Part shown: positions 1-14,647 of the stretch, in pieces
How the letters are laid out: every line of letters begins with the position of its first letter
Numbering within the stretch: position 1 is the stretch's first letter
Assembly (NCBI RefSeq): GCF_964355755.1
Contig: NC_092676.1
Span: 28,228,871 to 28,292,870 of the forward strand
DNA from: Antedon mediterranea
Lineage: Eukaryota; Animalia; Echinodermata
Direction: 5' to 3'
DNA: 64,000 nucleotides
The notes under the pieces: generated by a model
What the model saw: only the letters and a program-made list of their open reading frames with translations
Told to the model about the DNA's origin: nothing
Databases searched by the model: none
Made by a program: the position numbers and the translations under genes

Positions 1-3000
1 GCCCAACCAGGTAAACCATAATTGACAATAAATAACGTTAAAACACCTCGGGTTTTGTTGTACTCCACTCTCCCACATGTTTCTCTAATCGTCTGCTGTT
101 TACTTTCACCTTCAGAGAAAAGCTGAGATAAATTTGCATATTGACCTGCAAACTTGAGGCAGCTTCATTGTGTAAAATGAAAATAGATAAATAATTCGAA
201 ACACAAATCAATTTAAATAAATAAATATTCAATATTTACTCAGTGTACGTTCACTTATTGTATATTATATACAAGTTGCATATAAAAAAATATATATTAT
301 GTTACGTTACGTCATTTGAAAAGATGATTTTTGAGTAAAATTACCTCTAATAAAATGTAGCATTCTGACCTGGCAACATACGCGCGCATATTACTGAGCA
401 GTACGAACGATCTTAAACGCTCGACTTTAAAGTTATGGTTTTTTACAAACCATGAAGACAATAATTGACATTAATTATTACAGTATGCATCATGGAAAAA
501 TCAACAGAGCCTACATGATAGCGATTTTTAGATGTAAATATTAATAAACTGCAGAAATGAAATTACATCCTGCCCTTTCAATATAATATATTACACACAT
601 TTAATTTGTTTATATTTCAACGCGTACAACAACACAATACATTATCATGTTAATAAAAACATATGTTGCTCAAACATTATTCCTTATGTTTGTATTAATT
701 CATTTTATGGATATTTTCTGGGGGCGTTTTGTAAAAATCAATTATGAAATAATAGGTTGCGTGATAATAACTGCGTTATGTATTATTAATTGAAAGTTAA
801 TACATGTATATTATTCTAAAGAGTACATCAAATTAAATGAACAAGCATTTAATACACGCAATTTGTTAAGAAACAACACGATCAAGTTTTGACGCTTGGT
901 GCATAGAGGGCGCTATCACTATTTTGAATAACGTCTTTAATAGTCATTCAGAATTCCAATCGTATTGATACATACAATGGTTTGAATCAATGAGTCTTAT
1001 TAATTTACTTACTTATTTATTTTTAAAACAATAAATTGTAATTTGCTTGTTCATTAATCTTCAATAGATCAAACACAATATGTTATATGTATGTGTTTTT
1101 ACTTTGGTTTGAGCAAATCAGCGACAATAAGTTAACTTTTAAAATGTTTAAAAATGAAAATGTAAAATAATCGTCGATGTTATGATGCCTGTAAGTTGGT
1201 GAAACCGTTGAGAAATTATTTACTTCTCAATGATTTTCGTATGATTTTACAATTACGACGAATAAATTAATAAGTAATAGCGCCCTCTATTAGGAAGCGC
1301 GTCTCCACTAACTTTTGTCCGCGATCGATAGGACAAATCAAGAGAATTATCTCTATGTACAAATTGATGAGCAGAGGACACCGCAACTTTGTTTTATATA
1401 ACAATTATTATTAAGCATAAAAAATGCTAATCTTTGTCAATATTTGTTTCGTCATTATCATTATTACCATCGCCATCCATGGCGATCATACTACCCGATG
1501 CGCATTAATACATTTTTTGATAAAATATTTAAAATCCCGTTCATTTATTAAGCCTCGTTAAAACTATTATAATCGAGTTCTATTTTATCTGTTAAATTGT
1601 AGTCGCCATAAGACTCCACAGTTGTAAAATTATATTACCATTCTTGCTATAGGCCTACAATAATACTGTATATCCTTGTTATTTCTTTATAACCAATATA
1701 TAATTAAATCGTTTGTAAGTACCGATTTAAGTAAACAAACAGTTGATTTACAAGTGAAAACAGAGTCTATAATTGACACATGTATGTAGATGTTTAAGTT
1801 CTGTAATCGTTGTAACCAGTTGTCTTTTTTCGTACAAGTGTGAGCAGGAAATTGAAACACAATACACTTCAAATTGTCCAATATATCTTAAAATATACTA
1901 TGTACACAACAAGTCACGTAAGACTGGCAAAACAAATGCTTTAATTAATACAATACGATTGTTGAATTAAGTGTGTAACATAATTGAATCGCGTTTTAAC
2001 AGTGAAAGGAGCAGATCTTGTGTTTAGTTAATTGAATTCATAAAGATACAATAAGACAGGCGTTTAGTAAAATACTTTGTTTAATCATTTCAGGGTCACC
2101 CTCACTCGTACTTTCAAGTTTTACTCTTCCTTTCTGCAATATCGTATCTCATTAGTCGTATACACTCGAATCGTATCCCTTTATTGCCAATCATTCTCGA
2201 GCGGTCTTATTTTTATTAACGGGATAATTTTAAGATGGTCAGTCACAAGATAACAAAGGCATCAATCAAAACACAAACGTCCACTCAAGGGTGATTAGCG
2301 GTGGTCAAGAGGGGCTAGTGATAATAGATTGCTTGCGGACTTAACCACTGACCAGTCTTTTGCAACATGTTATAATATAATGTTACTATTAATTAAGTTC
2401 CTTATATAATCAAATTATTACTGTAAATTAACTGATTGTATGATTAACAGAAGAAGTGGAACTCTTTCATCTAGGCCTGATCAATAATTATCTCATGACG
2501 TACATAGTAACAACTGCGACCCAGTACATTTACTGATTACACTATAACACGTGGTATAACGGTGATGAGGTAATTTCCCAATTGATCGTAAAGTCAAATC
2601 GGTACTACGAGTATGATCAATGGCGTTCCAACATGACATCCATTCATAGAAGCACTGATGAAGAAAACCTATCGTGTGGTAACTGTAGAATGGTCCAAAG
2701 TGATGTTGACAATGATGATGCATACATAATTGATACACATGCATACACTATAATACACATTCAATTGATATTATAATATTATAAAGCTTACTTAGTCCTC
2801 CAAAATTACCGGACAATTTATAGTGGGAGGACTACCATGCTATCAATTGATTTGCAAAATAAGACAACTAAAACAGCACACATACAAATAAACCACGAAA
2901 AGGATATTTAAAGGAAAGATTACTGAAAAAAACATTAACACATCAATTGTGAATTTCTTTTGTAATGCAAACAATGATAAAAGGTTAAAAGTACATTTAG

Positions 3001-6000
3001 CGTGTTCATGTTGTCTTACGCACGCCGACGACAACATGAGTGACGAACGTGTTTGTAAGGCGCGCGGCTCATACGTTAGCGCGGCCTACTTAATATACAG
3101 TGTATGGGTGACCTTAATAGGGCTAGATTCACCTGTATTAAGGGTTATACTACCATGAACCTATACCTATTATTTGTTTGGATTATAATTGGTATAGCTA
3201 GCCTAAACGTATGACTATTATGACAATAACAAACAATCCAAACTGCTGCCGTAATTCCGAAGTTCGTCAACCTACCATGTTGGTTGGAAAATATGAACAA
3301 GTCTGTCCGAACCATTTGTAATATAAATTATGACATTTGTTATAAATCACTCCAAATATTCTCAATAATGGTGGTAAATGTGCCTAATTTAACTAATTCA
3401 TATCAATTTCGATATTAAAATCAATTTTTGTTAGTGTAGCGGGCGTGATAACCATTTCGTCACACATAATTTGTCGAAAAAGGGCGCGCGACGAAGTCAT
3501 TTTGTTGTCGTCTGCTTGGCTTAATAACCGACCCATCTCCGCAAATAGAACGATTTAAACATCAATTTATACTTATTTGTCTTCTTCAAATGTTCATTTA
3601 CTGTAAGATTTAGAAAGTTAGATTAACTTTTCACCCTTTGAAGACTAAATCTGTCGGTTATTGGGCAGCGCCGCACCTGCCATACACCAGCCATTAAGTA
3701 CCTTATATTTTGTGGCACTTGTCATATTAATATTTGTACATCTGCCAGTTTCGAGACAGTTAAGTTTATTATTTAAATACACGATATAATTGAAACTTCT
3801 CTATTAAATTTAATGAACGTGCTCACGGCGATAATCATCTTCATCGATCTAACCAATCAGGCTGCTGTTCTCTATAACCCTAATTTAGACGATAGTCATG
3901 GCCGGCAGTGGGCTAACATCGTACCTTTGTCAAATAATATTTCTTATGTATAATTTTAAATACCCGCATGTCTTACAAGCAGCTGTGATCATTGATATGC
4001 ATGTCTTAAACAAAGGCGAACGTAGCATCATCAGACTCCGCTTAAGGTTTTTCTTCATCTCGACAAAAGCTCAAGAAATCAGAGACAGCTGTGGACGGTC
4101 AAAGGCGGGCGGCTTCGTGCAAATACATACTCACTTATAGGTCTGCCTTTGATAATTTATCTCATTTATGACTAAGAGAATACGATTTAAGTTCTTAGTT
4201 GGCACGCGTTTACTTGTCTGTTAGGAAACAGACACGCAATAGCTCGTTCATTAAAACACCAATATATCGTCACCCATTGTCAAGTGCATTTTGTCTCCTG
4301 CAGCGATAAACACTAATGTGAGAAGTTATTAAACTCTTTTGTGTAACAAGTGTAATTTATATTATACACAGGTACAGTACTTACTATCTTTCTAAACAGG
4401 TCTAACTTTTATGTTTATCAAATTATTTATTTGAAAAAAAAATGAATATTAAAAAAAACCATTAAAAATCAATTCGATTATCCAAAAATCTTGTATTGTC
4501 TAAAATATTTGTTACAAATCGTCAGTATTAATGTAAACAGGGACAATATTTTACCGAATAATAAAAAAGAAATGAAGAAAATCGGCCAAGAAATGGCGTT
4601 TCTACAAACGAATATACATCAACTTATACACTTGTCGCCAACCTGTTGCTTGATATAAAACTTCTTGAAAAGTTTGCAAACTATTGTGCGCAGACGCATT
4701 GGTCTCGTTGACATGGTAATTAGATAGTTCATTCTTTTGTGTTGATGACGTAGAGCGTGTTAGCAGACGACCGCCGTCCAGATAGAGAAAGTGTTATGCT
4801 AATCTCGTACAGATTTTCAATGTCAAATCGTATATGAATTGATTCAATTATTTCTTTAATAAAAACAAATTTTTATATAAATATAATACCCTTGTAGTTA
4901 TAAAACACGGTAACAGCACTATACTTTAGCTTCGCCTACGGTATTTCTATTTTAATATAATCTTAATAGTGTAAATGGATGCGAACAAAATGAATGCGAA
5001 TTGATAAATCGTTCATGCATTTAAACTGTGAACAGTAGAAATAAGACGGTGTATGATATGTATCTGTTTTTTAATCATGTCATTACACCTTCAAACGCAT
5101 TTTGCGTCATACGTCATAATTGTTTTGGAATGTCTTGTCTACTATAGTATTGTTGTTTATTTTAAGGCCTACATCGTAAATAACGTTAAAATCACTTTTT
5201 TTTTTGTTTTAGTCGTGCTAAACGAAACATATCACTATTTTAGGAGGAGTGATATAAAATGTGAACTCATGTGAATAAAAGCTGCCATTATTTTATTACA
5301 AGTATTTTAAACCTTCCGATCTCCATTGGTGGAAAATAACTTTTATGGACTGCCATATAGGCTTGCATCACCATCATTTCTTCTCAAGTCTTATAAGGGA
5401 AAGGATATACTTGACTGTTCTTAACATATTCTTCGGTTCGTAATTTCTTTGATATTTTTATGCTTTGATATTTGTAATTTAATATTTTAAATGATGCAAA
5501 ATAATTTAAATTCAACAGCTTTTTTATAAGTATAGAAGAAATTGAGTAAAACATTTTAACGAAAAATATTAATTTTTATACAGCTCTAAAATTTATCATT
5601 GCCGATATTTTTTAACGAGAAACCCGTTTAATATCAAAACAGTGTTTAAAGAAAAATTGTAGCCTATGATAACGTTTTATTTGTTTCTATATAATATATT
5701 ATCTATTTTAAAATTCAAAATAAACTTTGATACAATGTCATTGACTAAGGATGACGCCCTCTTCGTTCAAAATATTCTATGTAATGATAACAGAGTCGTA
5801 AACTAAGAGATTTCAAATACTATTATTTTAACAACATATGTTGCGTCATTCTATAATAAGACAGAATGCAACCAAATTCAGGGGTAAGTAACTTCTAACT
5901 GTGTAAATAGACTCGGGCTAAAATTAGGACGATGCGGCGTTGGTGGTTACCTCACCGCCACGTCTAAAAAAAGGACTTTGTTATTCACTTTTCAAGCTTT

Positions 6001-6978
6001 TATTTACAATTGTTAAATGTTTAAATATATTAAAATGCCATCTGCTACAACATTAAACAAGACGGGTTTGTATTAAACTTGAATTTTATGTGCACAAACA
6101 TACCAGATGCTATATGCTGCTGTACTATTAAACCAATAAGTTGGGGATCGTTAAAATGCCTCTAGAGGGAGACATACAAATTGATTTGAATCGATTTTCT
6201 TCCTAATTTGATTTAATAACATTCGATATTAATTATATTCGATACGATTGTGTATAAATACACGTACTAAAAATAACACAAAGCAATATATTAAAAAAAA
6301 ATAACTACCCCAGTAGATAGTGTAATAGGCTATAGGCCTAAACATACAACGCTTTATAAATATTGATATAATAATAATAATAATAGAATAATCTGCACAA
6401 GTTTAAATATGCTTATTTAAAAATTGTTATTATTACACACGCCACATCTTTCTATTGTTGCCAAATAATTGAATTAAAAATAAAAGTTCTCTCAACTGAT
6501 AAATCGTGAAGGCCTATGGCTACTATGGTATGTGTAGTGCAGATTATTAAAATAGTGTATGCTTACAAATCACACACTTTCAATAGCTCGATATCAGATT
6601 GCTGCAATTGTAATAAATAATTATTTAATAACAATAAAGCGTCCAGTCGTAAATTATATATTATTGTTGTGATTTTCTAGTAAATGCTAATTATTTTTTA
6701 TTAATATTTCGATTGAATTTGAATAATTTCGTTAATGTGGAAAAGGTATTTAAAAAAAGGTGTTGTTTGCAAATTGGCTTTACTGTATAACAAAGGTGGA
6801 TGCGGAACAACAAGTGGTAATAATGAATTAAGCAAAGCGGTGATAGAGTTTGTATAATTTATATCAAAATTATGAATATTTTAATATATTGATTGCAATT
6901 GTCTTCTGATATCATCTGTGATGATCAGTTGTTCCACACAACCATGAATAACTTTGAATACTTTGTGACATTTTCGAC

Positions 6979-7147
6979 TAAAGCTCTGTCTACACTATCA
7001 AACTGTATGTGACAAACAAAATGTGATGTGCCCATATATGGACATGATGATGTTATATCATTACCATATTTGTGCATATCACTATCATATTTGGGCAAAT
7101 CGCACTTTTTTTTGTCAACCTAGTTTGATAGTGTCGACAGAGCTTTA
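6979..7147. mobile_element. MITE family A
   Basis: TIR TAAAGCTCTGTCTACACTATCAAACT ... AGTTTGATAGTGT(A/C)GACAGAGCTTTA with internal 21-bp repeats CATATCACTACCATATTTGGG. Confidence 0.8.
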
Positions 7148-7482
7148 GAATAAACGACTAAAAATAATAATATCATAAACTTAATTTTTAAGTAATGTTA
7201 CTTTCTATGGACCAGGGATTCCGAAAAAAAGATTGAATGAATGAATGATTGAATTACGCTTAAGCATCAAATAGTTGACGCGCGCGTACGACCGAAGAAT
7301 TATTATCATAATTTGAATGCGCACGTCAATACTGTATGTGGGTATCTTCGTGATGTGATTAATTATGAAAAAAAAAGTAAATATCATTACTATTAATAAT
7401 ATTAATTTCTGTCAAATATTTTATTTTAAAATTATATATATTTTTATTTATTATATATTATATTTAATTCGTAATATAAATA

Positions 7483-7795
7483 TAACTTGTTATAGCAATA
7501 TATTAATATTATTAAATAAAATAACGATGTAAAATAATTATTTATTTATAATTTTAATAATAATTTCATTATTGCATACGATGAATATTTTATTGTATTT
7601 TATATTAATTTTTGTCAAAATTTGTATTTAAAGTTATACATGTAAACGTCTTTTAATTCGTAAGATAAAGTTTTAAAAACTTGTTATAGTAATATCAATA
7701 TTATTAATTCGGTGTAAAATAATTATTTATTATATAATTTTAATAATAATAATTGCATTATTGCGTACGATGAATATTGTATTGTATTTTATTGT
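7483..7795. repeat. AT-rich local duplication, ~195-bp period
   Basis: AACTTGTTATAG...GTAAAATAATTATTTATT...CATTATTGC.TACGATGAATATT occurs twice. Confidence 0.7.
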
Positions 7796-8239
7796 AATTG
7801 TATAAAACAAATATCAATTCATTCTAATTCGATTAAATTATTCGATTTAGTCGAAAGGCGTTAATATGTATATGTTGTTGTCATATGATTAACTGTCCAT
7901 AATTAATATGGCATCTGATTTTATTTGCCAGTAGAAAATCAATAAAATATTGAATTTATTTCTATGGCGTTTTATTATGACAATAACAAATCCTAGCATT
8001 GGATATTTTCACGCTTCACTGATTTTGAAAACGTAGATTTAAATCTGCCTACCTACAAAAACGAACTTAATTTGTAAATCAATTAATCGTCCAAAATGTT
8101 AGATAATTAAAACACGGTTTAATTGTCAATAGGATCTGGCTTACACAATGTGTGTTTACGAAAGAAAAGGGTGTTAACACTGGTTTAACGCACTCGCAAA
8201 TTTGATAATAGTTAGCTCCGCCCATTTTTAAAAGGCCAT

Positions 8240-8345
8240 CGGGAACATAACCAATCAAAAGTGTGTTTACTCTGTCAGTCACGTCAGACGGTACACGCGC
8301 AGACGGGGCATAAAAGGAGCAGACAAACTTTAAGTCTGTATAAAC
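8240..8345 (+). promoter_or_regulatory. Candidate Dbx core promoter
   Basis: CCAAT at ~8251, CACGTCA at ~8280 and TATA-like CATAAAA at ~8309, 200-300 bp upstream of the ATG. Motif-only evidence. Confidence 0.4.
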
Positions 8346-8536
8346 TACAGCGCAGTAGTGATTTATTGACGTAGCAGACTACTGGCTCTAAGTTGATTCA
8401 AACTTGTAGCTACTGTATATTTACAACGCAACGACGTAGCATCCGTATTTTTCGCATTCAAAGTGGACATTTTCTGTCAAATGCTGGAATTAAACCCATA
8501 TTAACATTTCTTATATTTTACTGAAGTTATTTCAAC

Positions 8537-11500
8537 ATGTTTCCAAATATCATTACACCGTCTCCGATGTATCGAAGTCTGTTCCACCCACGTGTGCTAG
8601 CAATTGGCAATCCGCATAATGTGCAAGCGGCTGCTGCAGTAACAACCAACACATCTTTCTTAATAAAAGACATTCTAGCAGAAAAATCATCTAAAATTTC
8701 AAGACCTGTAGCTACGCATCCTGTCTCGTGTTCTACGTGTAATTGTTTACGAGATTCTCACACGTGCGATTTGAGGCTAAAACATGAACATTCGCTTACA
8801 TTTGGTGTTAATTCGATTCTGTCTTCTCAAAGTTCAAGTCTGCCATTATCTACAACTGGTAAGCTCATTTTAAGTTTTTACTTAAGTTATTTTTATATTA
8901 ATATTGTACCATACAGCAAGGTTTATCGTTTTTTTTACTATGATATTTAAATTCAGACAAACTCTAAACCAGCCATAAATATAATAGTATTTGTTATTGT
9001 ATTATTCATTCAAGTAAAGAAATGAGCCTACTAGTACTATAAATATTGTAAATTAACGAAAAACCAAATAATATTCATTGTTTGTGAAAACAGTGTTTGT
9101 TAAATGTTTTTCATCCATACTTTGTATCGCATTCTAATTTGTTGTACTATTTTGTATATTTTCTTTTGTTTTGGAATAAAACTAGGAAATAAAAAATTAA
9201 TGATTACGGAAATTTTTTTTTCAGAAACAAAAAAATCGACGTCATCATCAAGTATCGTTACCACCCCTCACAGTCATCATGCAAATTATAAACATTTTAG
9301 TTTATTACCGAATGAATCGCACTCTTTACCAAATCACTTAAACGCAGTCACTTTAGCAGCCAGGCATATATACGATAGCTCATTCCACGGACTTGCTCGG
9401 TCGCCATTCTTCTCTGGTAAGTGAATTATTTAAACGAATTTTATCTTTTTATTTAACATTTTCTAACGACATTCGTTTGAAGCAAACGTTTTAAATGACC
9501 GATATTAATTGATTGCTTCTTTTTTTTACCTCAATTTTTTTTCTATGCTTTTCTAATTGTTGGTATGCTAATATGTTGATGATAAATTATATAAATAAAT
9601 ACAAATACCCAATTTAAAAAGTAGACATGTATAAATAACACTATAAAGATCAATCATTACATAGGGTAAACAAATCACCTATGCGTATTTATAATGATGA
9701 TAAGCAACAAATTACCTTCAATTTTTTCAAACATTTTTGGGTCGACCATAGTTTTCCCTTCGGGTTATCAGCCTCAGGAAGTACGTTGTAAATGACAATG
9801 AAAAACATTCTAACATAGTTTGACAAACATCTTTATAAACATTAATTTCTAAGATTGACAGCAACTAGATATATTGTCAATATTTGTTCAAGACTCACTT
9901 GGACACTGTTTAAATACAATTTTTAAATAACGTCAAAAAGTTGCTTTACAAACTAACACGGTTATTAGGGGTTTTATTACCGTCTTAACAAAAGACCGAA
10001 TCATTAGGTGTTATTGTGTTTTTGACGAATGATTAGCGTCTTTGGTACACCACTTAAGAAAATACATTCTGAATAAAAGCCATCGAGCCCAGGAAACATG
10101 TTAGGAGTCTTAGGAATTACAGATTGTTTACTGTCACATTTACGTGATCGACATGTGACGAAACAAGTGGGTCTAACTGGACAGGGTTCACGTAAAATAA
10201 TAATAATAGATTTATGTATTATTGGGTTGACATTTTGGCGGTTTAACCACATTGCTGCACCGTTGTTAGCACAAGAAATGTATATCGTAGCATACGATCA
10301 ACCACTTATATTGTTCTGTTGTTATTTTGTTGGAAAAAATGAAAAGTCAAACCCGGGGTCCAACCTAATGAAGAAAATATTTTAATCATTGCAATATACA
10401 GTTTAAATACTAGTAAATAATATTAGGACTACTTTGATTTGGATTACAACTTTGTTTTTAATTTTAGTTTGATATTACTCATCTTCTTAACCATCATTTT
10501 TGGTTCGATATTATTCATTTTGTTATCAAACTTTTTCATAAAACTTTTAATAAGACCTAAAGTATGATGTTAATTTTTTGATTTTTTTTTCTAGTAAATG
10601 GAAATTCAGTTATACCTGTACCAAGTGCGTTCCCGTGGCCTGGCCCAAATAGGGGTAAACCCAGGCGGGGTATGTTACGACGAGCGGTGTTTTCAGACGC
10701 ACAAAGGAAAGGCTTAGAAAAGAAGTTTCAACAGCAAAAATACATCAGCAAACCGGATAGAAAGAAGCTGGCCAGTAAACTAGGCCTAAAAGATTCACAG
10801 GTAAATTTATAATTATTATTTCAGCATCTCATCTTTGAACATGCGATGAGAGCGTTTGCGTAAAACGCGCGCTTATTTTGTGTTGGCAACAAGCGCGCCT
10901 CTATATCATAATCGATTGTATTTCATTTCGTGTCAATCTAATTCAGATTGTGTTAAATCATTTCTATAATTAACCCACCTCTGCAAAAATAATAACTAGG
11001 CCTAATCCAAAATCTATAACTAACACCTCATAACAGTTGAATGGATATAGTGAGCAGGTAATATTATAATCTCTTTATTCCAAAATATGTAATCGATCTA
11101 GATACAATTACCGTATGTGGATAAGTATGAAAAATAGGCCTACAGTTACGTGCGCGTACCATAATCATTCGCGTACAATAAATGAGAATTTACATACGCG
11201 GATAATAGCTTTTCTAATAATAGATTTTCTTTTGAGGTTAAGGTTAAGGAGTAAGGTTACTCTAGATACATGTGAAACACGTGATGTTGTATTAAAATTA
11301 AAAATATTCCTATGATACTTCAAAAATAGATACAGTACCGGCTGCTTTTTCGCTAAGTACAGCTAAATACCCTCAATAGTTTTATCAGGGAAGACTGTAA
11401 TTTTACTTTTCCTCTTGTTTTAATATAATAACGGGTTTTAGACTATGCATAATGGTTACGTAGAAAAATAAGTTTACGTTACGCTGAGATACAATGAAAA

Positions 11501-12341
11501 CCGTACAGTTTAAGAGTTAATTGTTCTGGTCAATCCACGTCGATATAATGTGCAATGAATCGAACTATGATATGTATATGATTAATTGTCACGCAATATA
11601 ATACCACATGATACTCGAATTAGCTAACAATCTTTTGGAACTTTGTGTTTTGTGGATTTCATTCAGAAATATGATCTTAATTAATTAATTCGGCACCCTT
11701 TATTGGGAGGTTGTATGACACGCGTTTTGATTGTGGGATTTCGTTAGTATCTTGTTGGAGTGTTTAAGCGTGTCGTATCCAACACCACAAAGACCTGATT
11801 GTTTTTTCAAATACATGTAATTAATCTCATTCTTTCACTCCATTGAACATTATTTTTCTGTTGTTTTATTTTGAATATATCGGTCAAATATTCAAATTTA
11901 TAAATTGAATCTTCGCGTATATGCTCTAATTATGGAAACACACAAATAGGCCTATACTTCTTCGAAATATACAATTGATGATTGTCAAATATTTATCTAG
12001 CATTTATTGATTTTTTTTTTTTTTTGTAGGTAAAAATTTGGTTTCAAAATCGCCGTATGAAATGGCGAAATTCGAAGGAAAGAGAACTGTTATCGTCTGG
12101 TGGGTCACGTGAGTCAACTCTACCAAATAAATCCAATCCGAATCCAGATTTAAGTGACGTAAAAACTGAAGCAGATGAGATTATTGAACATTATCACAAC
12201 TCTGATAGCGAAGACCGTGAACAGGATAGCCCGATGAGTAGCCCGTGTCCTAGCCCAGTGAACAACGAAGCCCCTGCCGCCGTGAATGCATTTTCCTCTC
12301 CTCCTCTATCAGTCCGAGCCATGTGTCCCATGAATAACTAA
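8537..12341 (+). CDS. Dbx: Dbx (developing brain homeobox) transcription factor, 4 coding exons, ~343 aa
   Basis: Exons 8537-8858, 9225-9416, 10595-10800, 12030-12341, all GT-AG with compatible phases (1,1,0); total 1032 nt. Translation gives eh1-like motifs FLIKDIL and FGVNSIL, then FPWPGPNRGKPRRGMLRRAVFSDAQRKGLEKKFQQQKYISKPDRKKLASKLGLKDSQ|VKIWFQNRRMKWRNSKERELLSSGGSRE, the diagnostic Dbx homeodomain and C-terminal extension. Confidence 0.96.
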
Positions 12342-13513
12342 ATAAGGTTATCATAAGCCGATATAAATAAAAACTAATAATAAGTAGGCCTATGTACTGT
12401 TAAGTTGTTTTGATTCCAAATCTCACAATATTTTAATTGTGTACTGAGCCATTTTAAAGTTTATTTTAGCAAAATAGAAAATAATTGTGCGCCAACCATT
12501 TCTTTTTTATGATTCTCCCACGCAATAACAAATTATTTAATATAGATTTGTATTAATCATTTTTTTTATATTCTTTTTAATGTCGTCAGTGAGACCCCAA
12601 AGAAACACAAAGTTGACGCGCGCATACACAATGTGATGGTACGCGCGCGTCAATGTGTCCCTTTGCTGTGTATACTCAGTCGATAAAAAAAAAAAGGACT
12701 CAGAAGTTTGTCCTTACAACGTGTATAAGCAATAACAATTCTTCATTTTTATTAAAATAATTTTGTTTATATTTAGTAGCTTTTTGCTTTCATCCAACTA
12801 ACTATATTTAAATATTCTTCATCTGTGTATATAAAGATATAAGATATATATTTAGGCTAACGTATTGAAGAGAATGTTTGTAAATAATGTTTGGAATTAC
12901 ATTTAAAACAAGTTCAATTATTTCTATTGCTGTCTGTAGTTAACAGCCGTATTTAGTTGTGTATTTATTGATCACATTTCTTGTAACTGTTACTAGTCTA
13001 TTATGAATACTTCTACAGTTAAAACATCAATATGTATGACATCAGTTTCTCTAATTAAAGACACTTTCAGGTGATTACAAATCTATTAAAACTTTTTGTG
13101 ATGTATGCATTCCCAATTTTACAATATTCATTATAAATAAATACCGTATTAACTACCACAAAATAGTATTCGTAATTTTGTACACGAATTGTGTTACTGA
13201 TGATGTAAACTTATTTGACTCAAGACCAATACAAGATGCAGAACCGGAGTGTGTAAGCGACTGCAATATGGAGCTTCGGATTTGCGACGACAACTAACCA
13301 TGATACGTCATTTTAATTCACTGTGCGCATGCGGGCTCGTCTTCACCTTAAACAGTTTTTTGGTGGAGACGACGGACGACACAGTCATAAATTGGCATTG
13401 TTTCTTGTTTCTGAGTGGTCGCAAACTGCAAATCGAAAGGTCCCTTTACCCGAAGTAAGTTGGTTCATACCAAATAAAGTTGGCGATTAATGTGCCCAAC
13501 AACTACCGATAAA

Positions 13514-13662
13514 AAGTTTGGTTCCCACAGGACGCAACGCAACGCCAAGTGAATTAACCACCATTCTCAAGCGATGGATTATTCGAACAGTTGCGTGTGA
13601 TTGGTCAACTCGCTTACGTTGCGTCTACGTCATTGCGTTGCGTCCTAGTGGGAACCAAGCTT
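13514..13662. mobile_element. MITE family B
   Basis: TIR AAG(C/T)TTGGTTCCCAC(T)AGGACGCAACGCAA; partial relatives at ~17111-17190 and ~35460-35571. Confidence 0.7.
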
Positions 13663-14647
13663 AAGTATGAGCGGGTCTATAGATACCTAAATATAGATGG
13701 TATCATCACAGACCATTGTTATTTAGATGCTTTGTCTATTTTTGTGTCCATCATAAATTCACAATTAAATGTATGTGTAATTAAACAAATCCGTGCATGT
13801 ATGCGTTCGTTAATCGATACAATGAATATAAAAAGTCCCTACACCACCTTTCAATATAATATCGCATGCATTTCACACAAATACAAATTACAAGGTATTC
13901 TTATTCGATTTGATTGAATTAAAAGCCGATAAAAACATACCATGGAATTATTTCCACTTACGGTTTTACCAAAACGGCGTTTATTGAAGATAAGCAGACA
14001 ACCGTGGCTATCAACAACTAATAAATTCCGCCTTTTTTCCGCAATAGATATTACAGTAATTTAAATTACTAATTAGAACAAAAGCCCTGCAATATGTTAC
14101 CTATATATGTTTAAAAACCTGTCAACACTTTGTGATCATCAGCGATAAACGCATGAATAAGAAGAAAAGTGTTTTGTTATCTGTCAGGCTGTTACACTGT
14201 GTTTAAGTATTATACATACACTCACTATCTGTGATTTAAATTGAATACAATTGGTAGATACGGCTATAGCACGTATTACGTGAAAACAATCAAGTAGTAA
14301 TCCTCCACTGTTTATTATTGCTTTTATATCATATAAATATTTCAAATATAGCAATGGGGTGTATAGAATAATGAGTTGGTCGTCTGCTTGTAATGAGATC
14401 ATTTAAAGCGCTAATTTTACTCTTCAGAATAGTGTATGAAAAGCCTGCAACAGTTGTTGATTCTATTACACGCTGAAAGTAACTAATAATAAGGTGCTTG
14501 AAGATAAATTTTAAATAAGTATCATCAATTTAGTATGTGATCACTGTTCGTGCATCCTCATACTCATTTGAAATTACAGTGCAAATGCACGCGTAACAAC
14601 AAATAGACGCGGCGCATATTAATTAACGTGGTATGGTAACAACTGTA

